Source: a virus
Lineage: Duplodnaviria > Caudoviricetes
DNA length: 60,785 nt
IMG/VR virus record: IMGVR_UViG_3300046725_000023
Span: 1 to 60,785 of that record
Strand: one strand, 5' to 3'
Under the pieces are notes generated by a model. That model did no database searches. It saw nothing but the letters and a program-made list of their open reading frames with translations, and had not been told where the DNA came from. Shown piece after piece: positions 1 to 8,389 of the stretch. Both the position numbers and the translations under genes were made by a program. The first letter of the stretch is position 1. Every line of letters starts with the position of its first letter.

Positions 1-140
1 TCAAGCGTTCAGCGACATCGAGGTCAGGAGTCCTATAGCCTCCGCCGCTGGCGTAGGGGTCTCTCCGCTACAGACGTAGGGCCAGCCCCGCTCAGCGGGT
101 CGCTGGCCCTACACAAACGCCGGGCCAACCCTCGGGGGAG
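1..140. repeat. Terminal direct repeat, left copy (probably circular-assembly overlap)
   Basis: 1-140 matches 60646-60785 except A127 vs T60772. Confidence 0.9.
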
Positions 141-152
141 GGTAGGCCCGGC
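119..152. terminator. Stem-loop after the metalloprotease gene
   Basis: GCCGGGCC(A/T)ACCCTC-gggg-GAGGGTAGGCCCGGC; a second hairpin lies at about 76-112. Confidence 0.6.
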
Positions 153-159
153 CCCGGCG

Positions 160-954
160 CTACGCGGCCGTGAACAGGCTCTCGCATCCGTCGCACCGGA
201 CCACGCCCATGTCGAGCACCTTCTGGCTGAGCCGGATGATCACCGGCTCGGCGCACGCACAGGTCGCCTTCATCGGGCCGCTCTTGGCGCCGCCCGCCTC
301 GCCGCCCTTGGTGGGCTTGCCGGTGATGCGCTCGCCGCCCCGCTCGTCCTCCTGGTCCGAGCCGCCCATCCACAAGGGGAGTAGGCCCGTCAGCTTGATC
401 TCGGTCTCCAGCTCGGCGATCAGGTCCGCGTACCGCTCTTTGGTCGCGGTGGTCAGCGTGACGAACGAGAACCCGTGGGACTTGTCGGCCGTGCTGCTCT
501 TGTGCTCCAGGCCCAGCTCGGCGGCGGCCTTCTTGAACTCCGCGTTGTGCCACCGGCCCTGGCGGCTGGTGTCCTTGATCCCCCGGACCCGGCTGATCGT
601 GTGGGCCGCCTCGTGGATCATGGTCTGGAGAACCTGGGTCGGACCCTTGGCCAGGGCCTCGCTCGCCAGGAACAGTTCGTGGCGGCGGCCGGGCTCGCCG
701 CTCACGGCCGCGCCCTCCTCGGCCCGGACCTTCCAGCTCTCGGCCCGGAAGTGCCCCCACTTGGTGCCCTCCCCGGAGCCGGTGATGATGACGACCTCGG
801 GCAGCTCCGGGTGGTTCGCCCGGATGCGGCTCCAGACCTTCTCCAGCACCTTGACCACGGTCGAGCCGGTGTGGTTCACGGGCTCCGCCGGTGTGGCGTT
901 CATGGCCTGCTCGCCCTCGGCGGGCTCGCGGTTGTCGTTCGGGAACGCGGTCAT
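160..954 (-). CDS. SprT-like zinc metalloprotease
   Basis: TMIHEAAH (HExxH), downstream GRWHNAEFK His, C-terminal CAC...CDGC; GGAGGA RBS before ATG 954; own promoter at 992-1020. Confidence 0.75.
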   Translation of the reverse strand: MTAFPNDNREPAEGEQAMNATPAEPVNHTGSTVVKVLEKVWSRIRANHPELPEVVIITGSGEGTKWGHFRAESWKVRAEEGAAVSGEPGRRHELFLASEALAKGPTQVLQTMIHEAAHTISRVRGIKDTSRQGRWHNAEFKKAAAELGLEHKSSTADKSHGFSFVTLTTATKERYADLIAELETEIKLTGLLPLWMGGSDQEDERGGERITGKPTKGGEAGGAKSGPMKATCACAEPVIIRLSQKVLDMGVVRCDGCESLFTAA

Positions 955-1548
955 CTCGGTCTCCTCCAGGTCGTCCGTGCTGTTGGTGTCAACCTTACCG
1001 TCTTGACTGTGAAGTGTCAACGTCAGAGCGATTTCGGCTCGGATGTCGGCCAGGTGGCGGAGGGCCAGACGACCCGCCGTGCCCTGCCCGTAGCTCGGGC
1101 GGGTACAGCGGACGGCCGCGTCGTGGGTCATGGTCAGCGCCTGGAACTGCTGGGTTCCGATCGTCCCGGCCTCGTGGGCCGCCTTGATCTCCTCGGCCAC
1201 GACCTCGGCCAGCGCCACAGCCTCGGCCACGGTGCGGGACTGCTCGATCTCCAGCGCCTCGACGTGAGCCCGCTTGACTCCGGCCGCGTCCTCCGGCGCC
1301 AGCCACATCGTCTGGATCGGCGCGGCATCGAACGTGCCAGACGTGGTCTCCACCGTGTACCGGTTGTTCCGGTAGACGTTTGACAGCCCGAATGTTTTGC
1401 CGGTGACCCGAGCGACGTGCACGCCCTCGCCGGTCTTGTTTACCGACGGGAACAGGCCCGTGGTCCCATCGGCGAAGGTCACGACCTGGACGATGATCCG
1501 CTCGTTGATCTGGACTCGGCTGGCGTTGGTCTTTCCGGCGGCGGGCAT
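160..1548 (-). CDS. Hypothetical early protein, in frame with no stop before the SprT-like domain
   Basis: GAGGAG RBS and ATG 1548 (MPAAGK...) downstream of promoter 1589-1617; ORF stays open to 160. Confidence 0.55.
   Translation of the reverse strand: MPAAGKTNASRVQINERIIVQVVTFADGTTGLFPSVNKTGEGVHVARVTGKTFGLSNVYRNNRYTVETTSGTFDAAPIQTMWLAPEDAAGVKRAHVEALEIEQSRTVAEAVALAEVVAEEIKAAHEAGTIGTQQFQALTMTHDAAVRCTRPSYGQGTAGRLALRHLADIRAEIALTLTLHSQDGKVDTNSTDDLEETEMTAFPNDNREPAEGEQAMNATPAEPVNHTGSTVVKVLEKVWSRIRANHPELPEVVIITGSGEGTKWGHFRAESWKVRAEEGAAVSGEPGRRHELFLASEALAKGPTQVLQTMIHEAAHTISRVRGIKDTSRQGRWHNAEFKKAAAELGLEHKSSTADKSHGFSFVTLTTATKERYADLIAELETEIKLTGLLPLWMGGSDQEDERGGERITGKPTKGGEAGGAKSGPMKATCACAEPVIIRLSQKVLDMGVVRCDGCESLFTAA
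992..1020 (-). promoter_or_regulatory. Sigma70-type promoter with TGAC-N8-GTCA site over -35
   Basis: TTGACA-17bp-TAAGGT. Confidence 0.8.
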
Positions 1549-1588
1549 CTCGTTCTCCTCTGTGTGGCGTGCGCTGCTGATATGGAGA

Positions 1589-1617
1589 ACATTACAGGCG
1601 TGACTGTGAACTGTCAA
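1589..1617 (-). promoter_or_regulatory. Promoter with palindromic site
   Basis: TTGACA-17bp-TAATGT. Confidence 0.8.
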
Positions 1618-1652
1618 CCCTGAAGGTCCGGCTGTGAAGTACTTCACAGGCG

Positions 1653-1681
1653 TTGACAGTGCACAGTCATGACTGTAAGGT
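1653..1681 (+). promoter_or_regulatory. Promoter with palindromic site, leaderless into ATG 1688
   Basis: TTGACA-17bp-TAAGGT-6nt-ATG. Confidence 0.8.
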
Positions 1682-1687
1682 TAGGGC

Positions 1688-1933
1688 ATGACAACGACAG
1701 CGAAGCTCAGCAAGACCCAGTTCGCCACGGCGGTCACGGTGCTCGGCCTGGCGGCGCTCAGCGAGACCGGGGAGGTCAGCGAGTACGCGGCCCGCACGAA
1801 CGGCGCCTGGGTCGCGGCCCTGGCGGCGCTGGTCAGCAAGGGCGTTCTGGTCGCCCGGCGCGGCGACTTCCTGATGCCGGAAGGCCCGTACGCGGGCCAG
1901 GTCGTCTCGCAGCTCTGGTACTCGGCGGCCTGA
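1688..1933 (+). CDS. Hypothetical protein (81 aa)
   Basis: Leaderless start after strong promoter, GC-rich third codon positions, downstream hairpin. Confidence 0.7.
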   Translation: MTTTAKLSKTQFATAVTVLGLAALSETGEVSEYAARTNGAWVAALAALVSKGVLVARRGDFLMPEGPYAGQVVSQLWYSAA

Positions 1934-1998
1934 TACGACAAGAGCCCGGCCCGGGTTTCCCCTGGTGCCAGGCTCTCGCCGGTCTCCCCCCCGGAGGT

Positions 1999-2268
1999 CT
2001 ATCCCGCGACGGACGCCAGGTCAGTCCGCGCGCCCTGGCCGGGCCGGGCCTCGCTCCACTCGTCCAGCGAGGCACGCGTGAACACGGGAAGGTTGTACTG
2101 CCCGTCGGCGTGCCGGTCCTCCTCGGCCTGGGGGCCGATGCCGCGCGCCACGTAGCTGGAGAGCGTGTTCCGCTTCAGCCCCAGATACTCGGCGGCTGGT
2201 CCGTAGCCCACGAACCGGTCAGGGATCTCGTCCTGGGTCGTCACGGTTTCACCTTCTCTCGTAGTCAT
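1999..2268 (-). CDS. Small helix-turn-helix DNA-binding protein (AlpA/Xis/MerR-like)
   Basis: GYGPAAEYLGLKRNTLSSYVARGIGP...PVFTRASLDEW; TATAGT -10 at 2275-2280, 6 nt before ATG. Confidence 0.75.
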   Translation of the reverse strand: MTTREGETVTTQDEIPDRFVGYGPAAEYLGLKRNTLSSYVARGIGPQAEEDRHADGQYNLPVFTRASLDEWSEARPGQGARTDLASVAG

Positions 2269-2329
2269 GTGCCGACTATACAGGCACGCCGTTCGTGACC
2301 ACAAGCGGCAGATCGCCAGGTCACGGCGC

Positions 2330-2358
2330 TTGACACTTCACAGTCATGCCGGTAATGT
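2330..2358 (+). promoter_or_regulatory. Promoter with palindromic site
   Basis: TTGACA-17bp-TAATGT. Confidence 0.8.
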
Positions 2359-2406
2359 TGGTGCTGTTGAGGGGGACAGCCCCTCCGGACGGAAGGAACA
2401 GCGATC

Positions 2407-2640
2407 ATGAGCAAGCCCGGGGACATCACCTACACGGCGATCATCGACGCGGACGAGATGATCATCCGCGAGGCCCGGTACGCCGGGATCGACGGGCCGT
2501 CCGACTGGTTCCAGCTCCCGGCCGACACGGACGAGGCGGACGCCGTGCTGATGGGCCGGGGCTTCACCCGGACGACGCCCTGGACGATCCGCAAGACGTA
2601 CGCGGGCATGGCGCTGGAGGCCAAGCTGGAGCGCGTCTGA
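2407..2640 (+). CDS. Hypothetical protein (77 aa)
   Basis: GGAAGGA RBS; promoter-gene-terminator cassette. Confidence 0.75.
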   Translation: MSKPGDITYTAIIDADEMIIREARYAGIDGPSDWFQLPADTDEADAVLMGRGFTRTTPWTIRKTYAGMALEAKLERV

Positions 2641-2650
2641 CCTCCCCGAA

Positions 2651-2674
2651 CGGCCGCCGGGAAACCGGCGGCCG
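2651..2674 (+). terminator. Intrinsic terminator
   Basis: CGGCCGCCGG-GAAA-CCGGCGGCCG then TCTCTTCTT. Confidence 0.8.
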
Positions 2675-2681
2675 TCTCTTC

Positions 2682-2710
2682 TTGACACTTCACAGTCAAG
2701 CCTGTAATGT
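2682..2710 (+). promoter_or_regulatory. Promoter with palindromic site
   Basis: TTGACA-17bp-TAATGT. Confidence 0.8.
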
Positions 2711-2760
2711 AGTTCATGTGAGGGGGACAAGCCCCCTCCACCACTGACCGGGAGGTCACC

Positions 2761-3240
2761 ATGAACCACTTCGCAGCCACCATCACCGGCGCTTCCATCG
2801 TCCTGGCGGAGCGCACCGGCTCCGGCCTGGTGGCCTGGACGATCGCCACGGAGGCCCGTCCGGCCTCGTTCGCAGCAGCGGACACCATGCTGGCGGCCAA
2901 CGGCTACGGCCGGACCGCAGCCTGGGAGCTGGACGAGGCGGGCAACGTCTCGGCGCCGGTGGCCCAGATCGACAACCTGTTCAACGGCACGCGGGCCGCC
3001 CGGCTCGACCAGGCCGTGGGCACCACTCACGAGGAGTTCGTGATGACGAACGCCAGCAAGGTCGAGAACGGTGACCTGATCTCGGACCGTGAGCTGAGCG
3101 CGCTCTACGTGGTGGCAGGGTCCTCGCTGGAAACCGGGATGAAGGTCCACATGGTCGCCGAGGGCAAGACCTGGAGCGACCGTTTCACGACGGAGTTCCT
3201 CCGCGAGGAGCTGGTGATGGTGGCGCGCCGCAAGGCGTAG
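2761..3240 (+). CDS. Hypothetical protein (159 aa)
   Basis: GGGAGG RBS; cassette context. Confidence 0.75.
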   Translation: MNHFAATITGASIVLAERTGSGLVAWTIATEARPASFAAADTMLAANGYGRTAAWELDEAGNVSAPVAQIDNLFNGTRAARLDQAVGTTHEEFVMTNASKVENGDLISDRELSALYVVAGSSLETGMKVHMVAEGKTWSDRFTTEFLREELVMVARRKA

Positions 3241-3251
3241 CCCGCAAGGGC

Positions 3252-3281
3252 GCGGCCCCGGACCGAAAGGTCCGGGGCCGC
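3252..3281 (+). terminator. Intrinsic terminator
   Basis: GCGGCCCCGGACC-GAAA-GGTCCGGGGCCGC then TTT. Confidence 0.8.
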
Positions 3282-3288
3282 TTTGCTG

Positions 3289-3317
3289 TTGACACTCCAC
3301 AGTCAAGGCTGTAACGT
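3289..3317 (+). promoter_or_regulatory. Promoter with palindromic site, facing the end of the late operon
   Basis: TTGACA-17bp-TAACGT. Confidence 0.7.
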
Positions 3318-3345
3318 AGTGGACGGTGGAGAAGGTGGCCGCGCG

Positions 3346-3609
3346 CTACGGGGAGGGACAATCCCGGCTCGCTCGGTACTTGACCAGCGCGTCCCGGACC
3401 ACGCGCGCCCGGTCACCGGCCGGACCGGCCACCGGCTCAGGTCCGGCCAGGAACACCGAGGTCATGGCGCACATGTCCGCGTCCTGCTGGCGTTGGTTGT
3501 TGTAGATCCACGCCGCGAACACGCCGGACATCACCAGCACGGCCGAGCCCCAGGAGAGCAGGACCAGCCAGACCGGCCGGGACATCGGTTCGCGGATTGC
3601 CCTTCTCAC
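3346..3609 (-). CDS. Single-TM membrane protein (possible lysis accessory)
   Basis: One hydrophobic helix and two Cys in the C-terminal part; coupled to upstream gene. Confidence 0.6.
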   Translation of the reverse strand: MRRAIREPMSRPVWLVLLSWGSAVLVMSGVFAAWIYNNQRQQDADMCAMTSVFLAGPEPVAGPAGDRARVVRDALVKYRASRDCPSP

Positions 3610-3875
3610 GGCTCAGCCCCAGGGTCCAGCGCTTGCGACGTAGGCGACGAGGAGGCCAACAGCTCCCCCGGCTCCGAGGGCGGCGACGAGAGACTGCCCG
3701 CGATACCGGGTCGTGAGAGCCAGAGTCGCAAGAATCCCGGCCCGAGCATCGTCGCGCTGGAGATCAGCATCAGCGGCCAGGGGCCGGACTTGTAGATGAT
3801 CCACGTCCCCCAACCACCGCCCAGGATGAGAAACAAAACGTCCCGCTGGAGCGGGGGCAGTGCTCGCCTGGTCAC
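3606..3875 (-). CDS. Two-TM membrane protein (holin-like)
   Basis: Two hydrophobic segments and a Ser/Pro tail; coupled start/stop. Confidence 0.55.
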   Translation of the reverse strand: MTRRALPPLQRDVLFLILGGGWGTWIIYKSGPWPLMLISSATMLGPGFLRLWLSRPGIAGSLSSPPSEPGELLASSSPTSQALDPGAEP

Positions 3876-4621
3876 GCACCATTCCTACCTTCCCCCGCAA
3901 GGGTGCTCGAACCGGAGCGTACCCGGCGGGGGCCGGACCTAAGCGGCATGCGGCGTGCCAGCATTGGATCAGTCACAGCGTGACCTGACCAGTCGATCCC
4001 CAATGCCGACCCTACGTGATGGCGCCGTGCCCGGCGGTCAGCCGCCCGGTGCTTTGTAAGGCTTGCTACCTGTAGATGATCAACCAGCGAGGGCCACGGG
4101 TACCAGACCTCGCGGCCGGTCTTCTCGGCCCAGCCCGCCACGCGCATATCGTCCGGCACCCCGGCTCGGCGGTCGCTGTACGTGATCATCTCGGGGATGA
4201 GAGGCACCGGCATCACGAGGCAGACGCCCCACATCAGTTTCAGCGACCGCACCCAGTGCGCGCCCGCCGTGTCGGCCGCCCTCGCCATGGCCTCCCAGCG
4301 GATCGGTACGGTCCGGCCGGTCCCGAGGTAGGGCGAGACCACCACGTCCTGGGGGACGAACGCCAGCGCCCTCTCCAGCCCGGCCAGCAGGTCGGCACAC
4401 GGCACGGCATCGTCCTGGAGGAGCACGTGCCAGTCGGCCGCCGGGTCGTGGAGCTGCCAGCCGGTACGCGCGTTGCGCCACACCCGATCGGCGTTGCCGC
4501 TCGGCGCGCCCTCGGTATCCCAGGTCACGCTGATCTCGTGGCTGTTGCCCAGGGCGACCAGCAGAGCGTCCACCTCGGCCCGCCGGACCGGGTGCGCCAT
4601 GATGCTGGCCGAGATCCTCAC
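3872..4621 (-). CDS. Glycosyltransferase (GT-A fold)
   Basis: ISASIMAHPVR, WHVLLQDDAVPC (DxD-like), WPSLVDH; GTG 4621 coupled to upstream stop. Confidence 0.75.
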   Translation of the reverse strand: MRISASIMAHPVRRAEVDALLVALGNSHEISVTWDTEGAPSGNADRVWRNARTGWQLHDPAADWHVLLQDDAVPCADLLAGLERALAFVPQDVVVSPYLGTGRTVPIRWEAMARAADTAGAHWVRSLKLMWGVCLVMPVPLIPEMITYSDRRAGVPDDMRVAGWAEKTGREVWYPWPSLVDHLQVASLTKHRAADRRARRHHVGSALGIDWSGHAVTDPMLARRMPLRSGPRRVRSGSSTLAGEGRNGA

Positions 4622-4707
4622 CGGACCAGCTCCACGACGATCGAGACCAGGCAGACCGCCAGCAGCGCGCAGCCCGCCCAGACCATGCCGACCTCGGCCC
4701 GGCTCAC
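4618..4707 (-). CDS. 29-aa hydrophobic peptide
   Basis: VSRAEVGMVWAGCALLAVCLVSIVVELVR; overlapping start/stop on both sides. Confidence 0.45.
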   Translation of the reverse strand: MSRAEVGMVWAGCALLAVCLVSIVVELVR

Positions 4708-6539
4708 TGGCCGGACCGGAGCGCGTCCAGCATCTCGGACCGCTTGTCCTTCCGGGTGCCCAGCACGATCTCGCGCGCCCGCGCAAGCTGGCGGAGCTGG
4801 ACCGTGTTCAGGTCCTCGATCTTGGTACCGGCCGCGATGCCCTCGACCTCCCCGGCCTGGACCCGCTCGCGGCCCGTCAGCGCGGCGGCCGACTCACGCA
4901 GCGCGGCCACGCCCTCCGGGTCCACCCGCTCCCACTCAGCAGCCAGCGCGTCCGTTGACAGTGCATCGTCATCCCCCGGCGCCAGCTCCACATCCACCAG
5001 GAACGGCGGCTCCGGGGAGGTGGCCATGGGCACGAAGTTCCGGACCGGAGAGGTCGAGACGCCCTCGGCCGTGATGGCCCGGACGCGCTCCGGCGGCGCG
5101 GCGATCTCGGTCACGGCCAGCCGGTCGTGGAAGATCTGAATCGGCGCCAGGAACCCCTCGGCCACCAGTTCGTCCACGGCCTCGCCCACGCCGGGCCAGT
5201 CCGGGTGACCGTAGTCGTCCACCGCGATGCGGGCGCCCGGTGCCAGGTACGGCGCCCACTCCACGATGTCCCGCTTCGCGCCGTCCTTCGTGTGGTCGCC
5301 GTCCACGAACAGCAGGCCCACGGGCTTACCGTCGTACGCGGCGGCCACCTCATGCGAGAACGCGTGCACGAGCGTGATGTCCTTCGCGTAGCCCAGGGCG
5401 ACCACGTGATGGAAGGCCCAGCGCCGGGACGCCTCGTCCGTGAACGGCGGATCGTAGACGTTGCCGGGGAGGTCCCACGGGTCGATGCCGGTCACGTGCG
5501 CGCCGTGGCCCTGCCTCGCTCCCCACGCCATCTGGAGGGCGGTCCGGCCGTGGAACACGCCCAGCTCCACGATCTCCTGATCCGCCGGGACGGCCGCCGC
5601 GAAGTCGGCCAGCGCCATCATGATGTCGTCCGGCGTCGCCGCCTGGACCCGCTTAAAGAACCTCGGGGGCTTCATACCCAATCCTCCTCGAATGCCCAGC
5701 CGGGTGGACCGGCCGGATCTCGCAACGGCGGGCCGCGCCGGGCGGCCGGACTTCGGTTCGGCGGCCGGGCGGATCTCGGGCATCCCCGGCCGCAGCTCTC
5801 GCACGGCGGCGATCTGCATCCCCAGGGTCTGCCCTTCCCTCCAGACCATGTACGCGGTCCGGTCCTTGCTGAACTGGTCGCGGTGGTTCACCCGCTGGTA
5901 CTGCTCGTCCGTCTTGGCCTTGCCCGCTACCGGGTGCATGTGCTCGATCCGGATCTCCGGCAGGTGCTTCATCGCACCGGCGCCGCCGTACAGGTCCATC
6001 ATCGAGTTGTCGCAGTACATGTGTTCGACCGGCGCCGGGACCATCCGGCCGAGCGCGCGGACCGCGTCCGCCGTGACAGCCCACTCGGTGCTCAGCTTGC
6101 GGCCCTGGTACCCGTCGTCCCCGTAGACCATGCCGGTGCCCAACTCGGCCAGCTCGGCGAGGTAGACCCTGGCCCAGCCGATCGTCTGGGGGAGGTGGTC
6201 GTCCCCGGCGAACGCCAGCGCGCGGTACGCCTTGACGTCCGCGAACAGCTTGGCCACCAGGTTGAGCTTGTGGACCATCGGCATCCACTCGTCCATCTCG
6301 ACCAGCTTGACCGCGCTGGTCCCCTCGGGCGCCTCCGCCGTGAACGACTCGACCACGCGCCGGTACCCGCCGATCTCCGGGTCGTCGGAGTCCGCGATGA
6401 GGATCAGGTCCGCGTGGTCCCACGCGTTCGTGAAGTCCCAGGCGCTGATGACCTTCTCGATGTTGCCGGGTCGGCCGCGCGTCGGGACCAGCACGCCCAG
6501 GCTGGACCGGCGGCCGGGCTCGGGCAGGGCGTCAGTCAT
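4704..6539 (-). CDS. GT2-like glycosyltransferase fused to class I SAM methyltransferase (Methyltransf_24-like) and a Rho-N/HeH-like tail
   Basis: VLVPTRGRP...FAGDDH; VELGVFHGRT, LLFVDGDH, IAVDDY; C-terminal DLNTVQLRQLARAREI...KRSEMLDAL. Confidence 0.8.
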   Translation of the reverse strand: MTDALPEPGRRSSLGVLVPTRGRPGNIEKVISAWDFTNAWDHADLILIADSDDPEIGGYRRVVESFTAEAPEGTSAVKLVEMDEWMPMVHKLNLVAKLFADVKAYRALAFAGDDHLPQTIGWARVYLAELAELGTGMVYGDDGYQGRKLSTEWAVTADAVRALGRMVPAPVEHMYCDNSMMDLYGGAGAMKHLPEIRIEHMHPVAGKAKTDEQYQRVNHRDQFSKDRTAYMVWREGQTLGMQIAAVRELRPGMPEIRPAAEPKSGRPARPAVARSGRSTRLGIRGGLGMKPPRFFKRVQAATPDDIMMALADFAAAVPADQEIVELGVFHGRTALQMAWGARQGHGAHVTGIDPWDLPGNVYDPPFTDEASRRWAFHHVVALGYAKDITLVHAFSHEVAAAYDGKPVGLLFVDGDHTKDGAKRDIVEWAPYLAPGARIAVDDYGHPDWPGVGEAVDELVAEGFLAPIQIFHDRLAVTEIAAPPERVRAITAEGVSTSPVRNFVPMATSPEPPFLVDVELAPGDDDALSTDALAAEWERVDPEGVAALRESAAALTGRERVQAGEVEGIAAGTKIEDLNTVQLRQLARAREIVLGTRKDKRSEMLDALRSGQ

Positions 6540-7200
6540 CGTGGCTCCAGGTCAGATACGGGGAGGCGACGGTCGAGCGGTCGCCCGGCCGGATGGCGGC
6601 CGGGTTGCGCCAGCGTGAGCCGGTCTCGCCGTCCGGTGTCGTGTGGAGGTAGTGGTACAGGATCCGGGGGATGACCACCTGGCTGCGCAGCACGCGAGAC
6701 CGGCGGAGCTGCTCGGCCCAGGCCCGATCTTCAGCGCCGCCAGCGCGCGACTGTGCGAAGTCGGCACGGCGCGCGAGCACCGTGCGGATCGGGTTGATGT
6801 GGCTGATGTCGCGCTCGAACCGGCCGGGCAGGTTGCGCCAGCGGCGGAACTCCAGCGAGTGGTAGGCGACCGCGATGGGCTTGCCGTTCGTGTAGCACTG
6901 GAGCTGGAACCCTACGTAGTCCGGCCGGGTCGCCAGGGCGGCCACGATGTCGTCCACGTAGCTCGGCGCCACCAGGTCGTCATCGTCCACGAACGAGAGG
7001 TACTCGCCCTGGCACCGGGTAACCAGCGCCTGGCGGATCCTGGGGAGCGAGGGCGTCCCGTTGTTGTGCCAGGCGACCACCTGGACCGCGCCGCCGTGGC
7101 GCTCGACCTGGGGCAGCAGCCCGGCCATGAGGCGCTCGAACAGCGGGCGCCGCTCGCCCAGGGTCGGAACCAGGATCGACCAAGTAGGCGCGGCTGTCAT
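6532..7200 (-). CDS. GT2 family glycosyltransferase
   Basis: WSILVPTL, YLSFVDDDDLV, AEDRAW; leaderless TACGGT-7nt-ATG. Confidence 0.8.
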   Translation of the reverse strand: MTAAPTWSILVPTLGERRPLFERLMAGLLPQVERHGGAVQVVAWHNNGTPSLPRIRQALVTRCQGEYLSFVDDDDLVAPSYVDDIVAALATRPDYVGFQLQCYTNGKPIAVAYHSLEFRRWRNLPGRFERDISHINPIRTVLARRADFAQSRAGGAEDRAWAEQLRRSRVLRSQVVIPRILYHYLHTTPDGETGSRWRNPAAIRPGDRSTVASPYLTWSHDD

Positions 7201-7248
7201 GTGTCCCACCGTACCAGGATCAGGGGGCATCTCGGCACCCGGTGGAAG

Positions 7249-7361
7249 CGGGGGGAGCGGGTGCCAGCCCCCGGAGGCTCGGCCCCTATCGCGCGTCGCG
7301 CGCCACATCAAAGAAAAAATCTCAACATGTGTAGGTGAGGGGCTGGCCCCCGCTCCCCCCG
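7249..7361. repeat. Inverted-repeat-flanked AT-rich element, copy A (origin-like)
   Basis: 23-bp arms 7249-7271 and 7339-7361 (1 mismatch) around CCACATCAAAGAAAAAA at 7303-7319. Confidence 0.7.
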
Positions 7362-7380
7362 ATGCCCCCGAGTATCAGGA

Positions 7381-7665
7381 CTATTCGGGCAATGGCGGCG
7401 GAGGCGGCGCGACGGGGTTGGTCGGCGTGATCGTGTAGAGCCAGGTCTCGTACTTCTGGCCGGTCACGTTCTGCCCCGGGTCGCGGCCGGTCCACTCCTG
7501 GAGGTAGTCCACCAGTTCCTGGATCGTGGCCTCCACGTCCTCGTCGGCCGCCGTGCCATCGAGCTGGATCTGGAGCGCGAGATACATCCCCGAGCCCGGA
7601 GGCAGCGGGATGATGATCTGGTTCGGCCACCCTTGGATGGCCTGCGGGTCGGGCAGGATGGGCAT
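7381..7665 (-). CDS. Small tail-associated hypothetical protein
   Basis: GGGGAGA RBS, ATG 7665 (MPILPDP...), end of tail module. Confidence 0.6.
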   Translation of the reverse strand: MPILPDPQAIQGWPNQIIIPLPPGSGMYLALQIQLDGTAADEDVEATIQELVDYLQEWTGRDPGQNVTGQKYETWLYTITPTNPVAPPPPPLPE

Positions 7666-7675
7666 TGTCTCTCCC

Positions 7676-8389
7676 CTATGCGGTAGGGACTTCCAGGGCG
7701 CCTGAGTACTTCGTGGCCGTGCCGATTCGCTGGATCTCCAGCCGGGTCCGCCGGGTGCTCGCCGCCTCCACGTCCATCGATGTGGGGCTTCCCGTGGTCG
7801 AGAACCCGCCGATGAGCACGATGGTCTGGGTCGTGTTGGCGGAGGTGCACTTGACCACCGTGGAGCCATCCATCCGGTGGAAGTTCGTCGTGATGGCGGT
7901 TCCGCCACCGATGTCATCGATGGCCGTTCCCGATGCGCTCGACCTGGCGATCTTGGTAAAGGGGACGAACGGGCTGGTCCCCCCGGTGAACTGCGCGCAC
8001 CACGTCCAGGAGATCCGATAGGCGAACCCGGCCTTGAACGCGTGCGACAGGGTGATGATCGAGGCGTTCGTGTTCGCGGCGGACACCAGCGGCGTGATGG
8101 CTGAAGTGCTGAAGGCGACCGAGCTGTCCAGGCTGGCCGCATTGGCCGTGGTCCCCAGGACCAGCATGGCGCCCTGCTGGACCAGCACCTGGACAACCGA
8201 GCCCACGGCAACGATCACGCCGTTGAGCACCGGTACGTCGGGCACCTCCACCTCGCTGACCGTGAGGTCCACCGTGCCGTCTGAGTTGACCGCAGCGACC
8301 ACGGCGGATCGGAGCCGGAGCTGGGGAGTACTGCCCACCTCGGGCTGCGGGAGGATCTTCTGGAGCAACCGCGTGTAGTCCGTCATCAC
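7676..8389 (-). CDS. Minor tail protein (spike-like N-terminus)
   Basis: SAVVAAVNSDGTVDL...VGSVVQVL...VLG pattern; follows hub gene. Confidence 0.6.
   Translation of the reverse strand: MMTDYTRLLQKILPQPEVGSTPQLRLRSAVVAAVNSDGTVDLTVSEVEVPDVPVLNGVIVAVGSVVQVLVQQGAMLVLGTTANAASLDSSVAFSTSAITPLVSAANTNASIITLSHAFKAGFAYRISWTWCAQFTGGTSPFVPFTKIARSSASGTAIDDIGGGTAITTNFHRMDGSTVVKCTSANTTQTIVLIGGFSTTGSPTSMDVEAASTRRTRLEIQRIGTATKYSGALEVPTA

Noticed and set aside
1004-3305. Clustered repeats as a CRISPR array or integron attC array
   Set aside because: Spacing is gene-sized and irregular, the repeats are promoters, and no cas or tyrosine recombinase gene is visible
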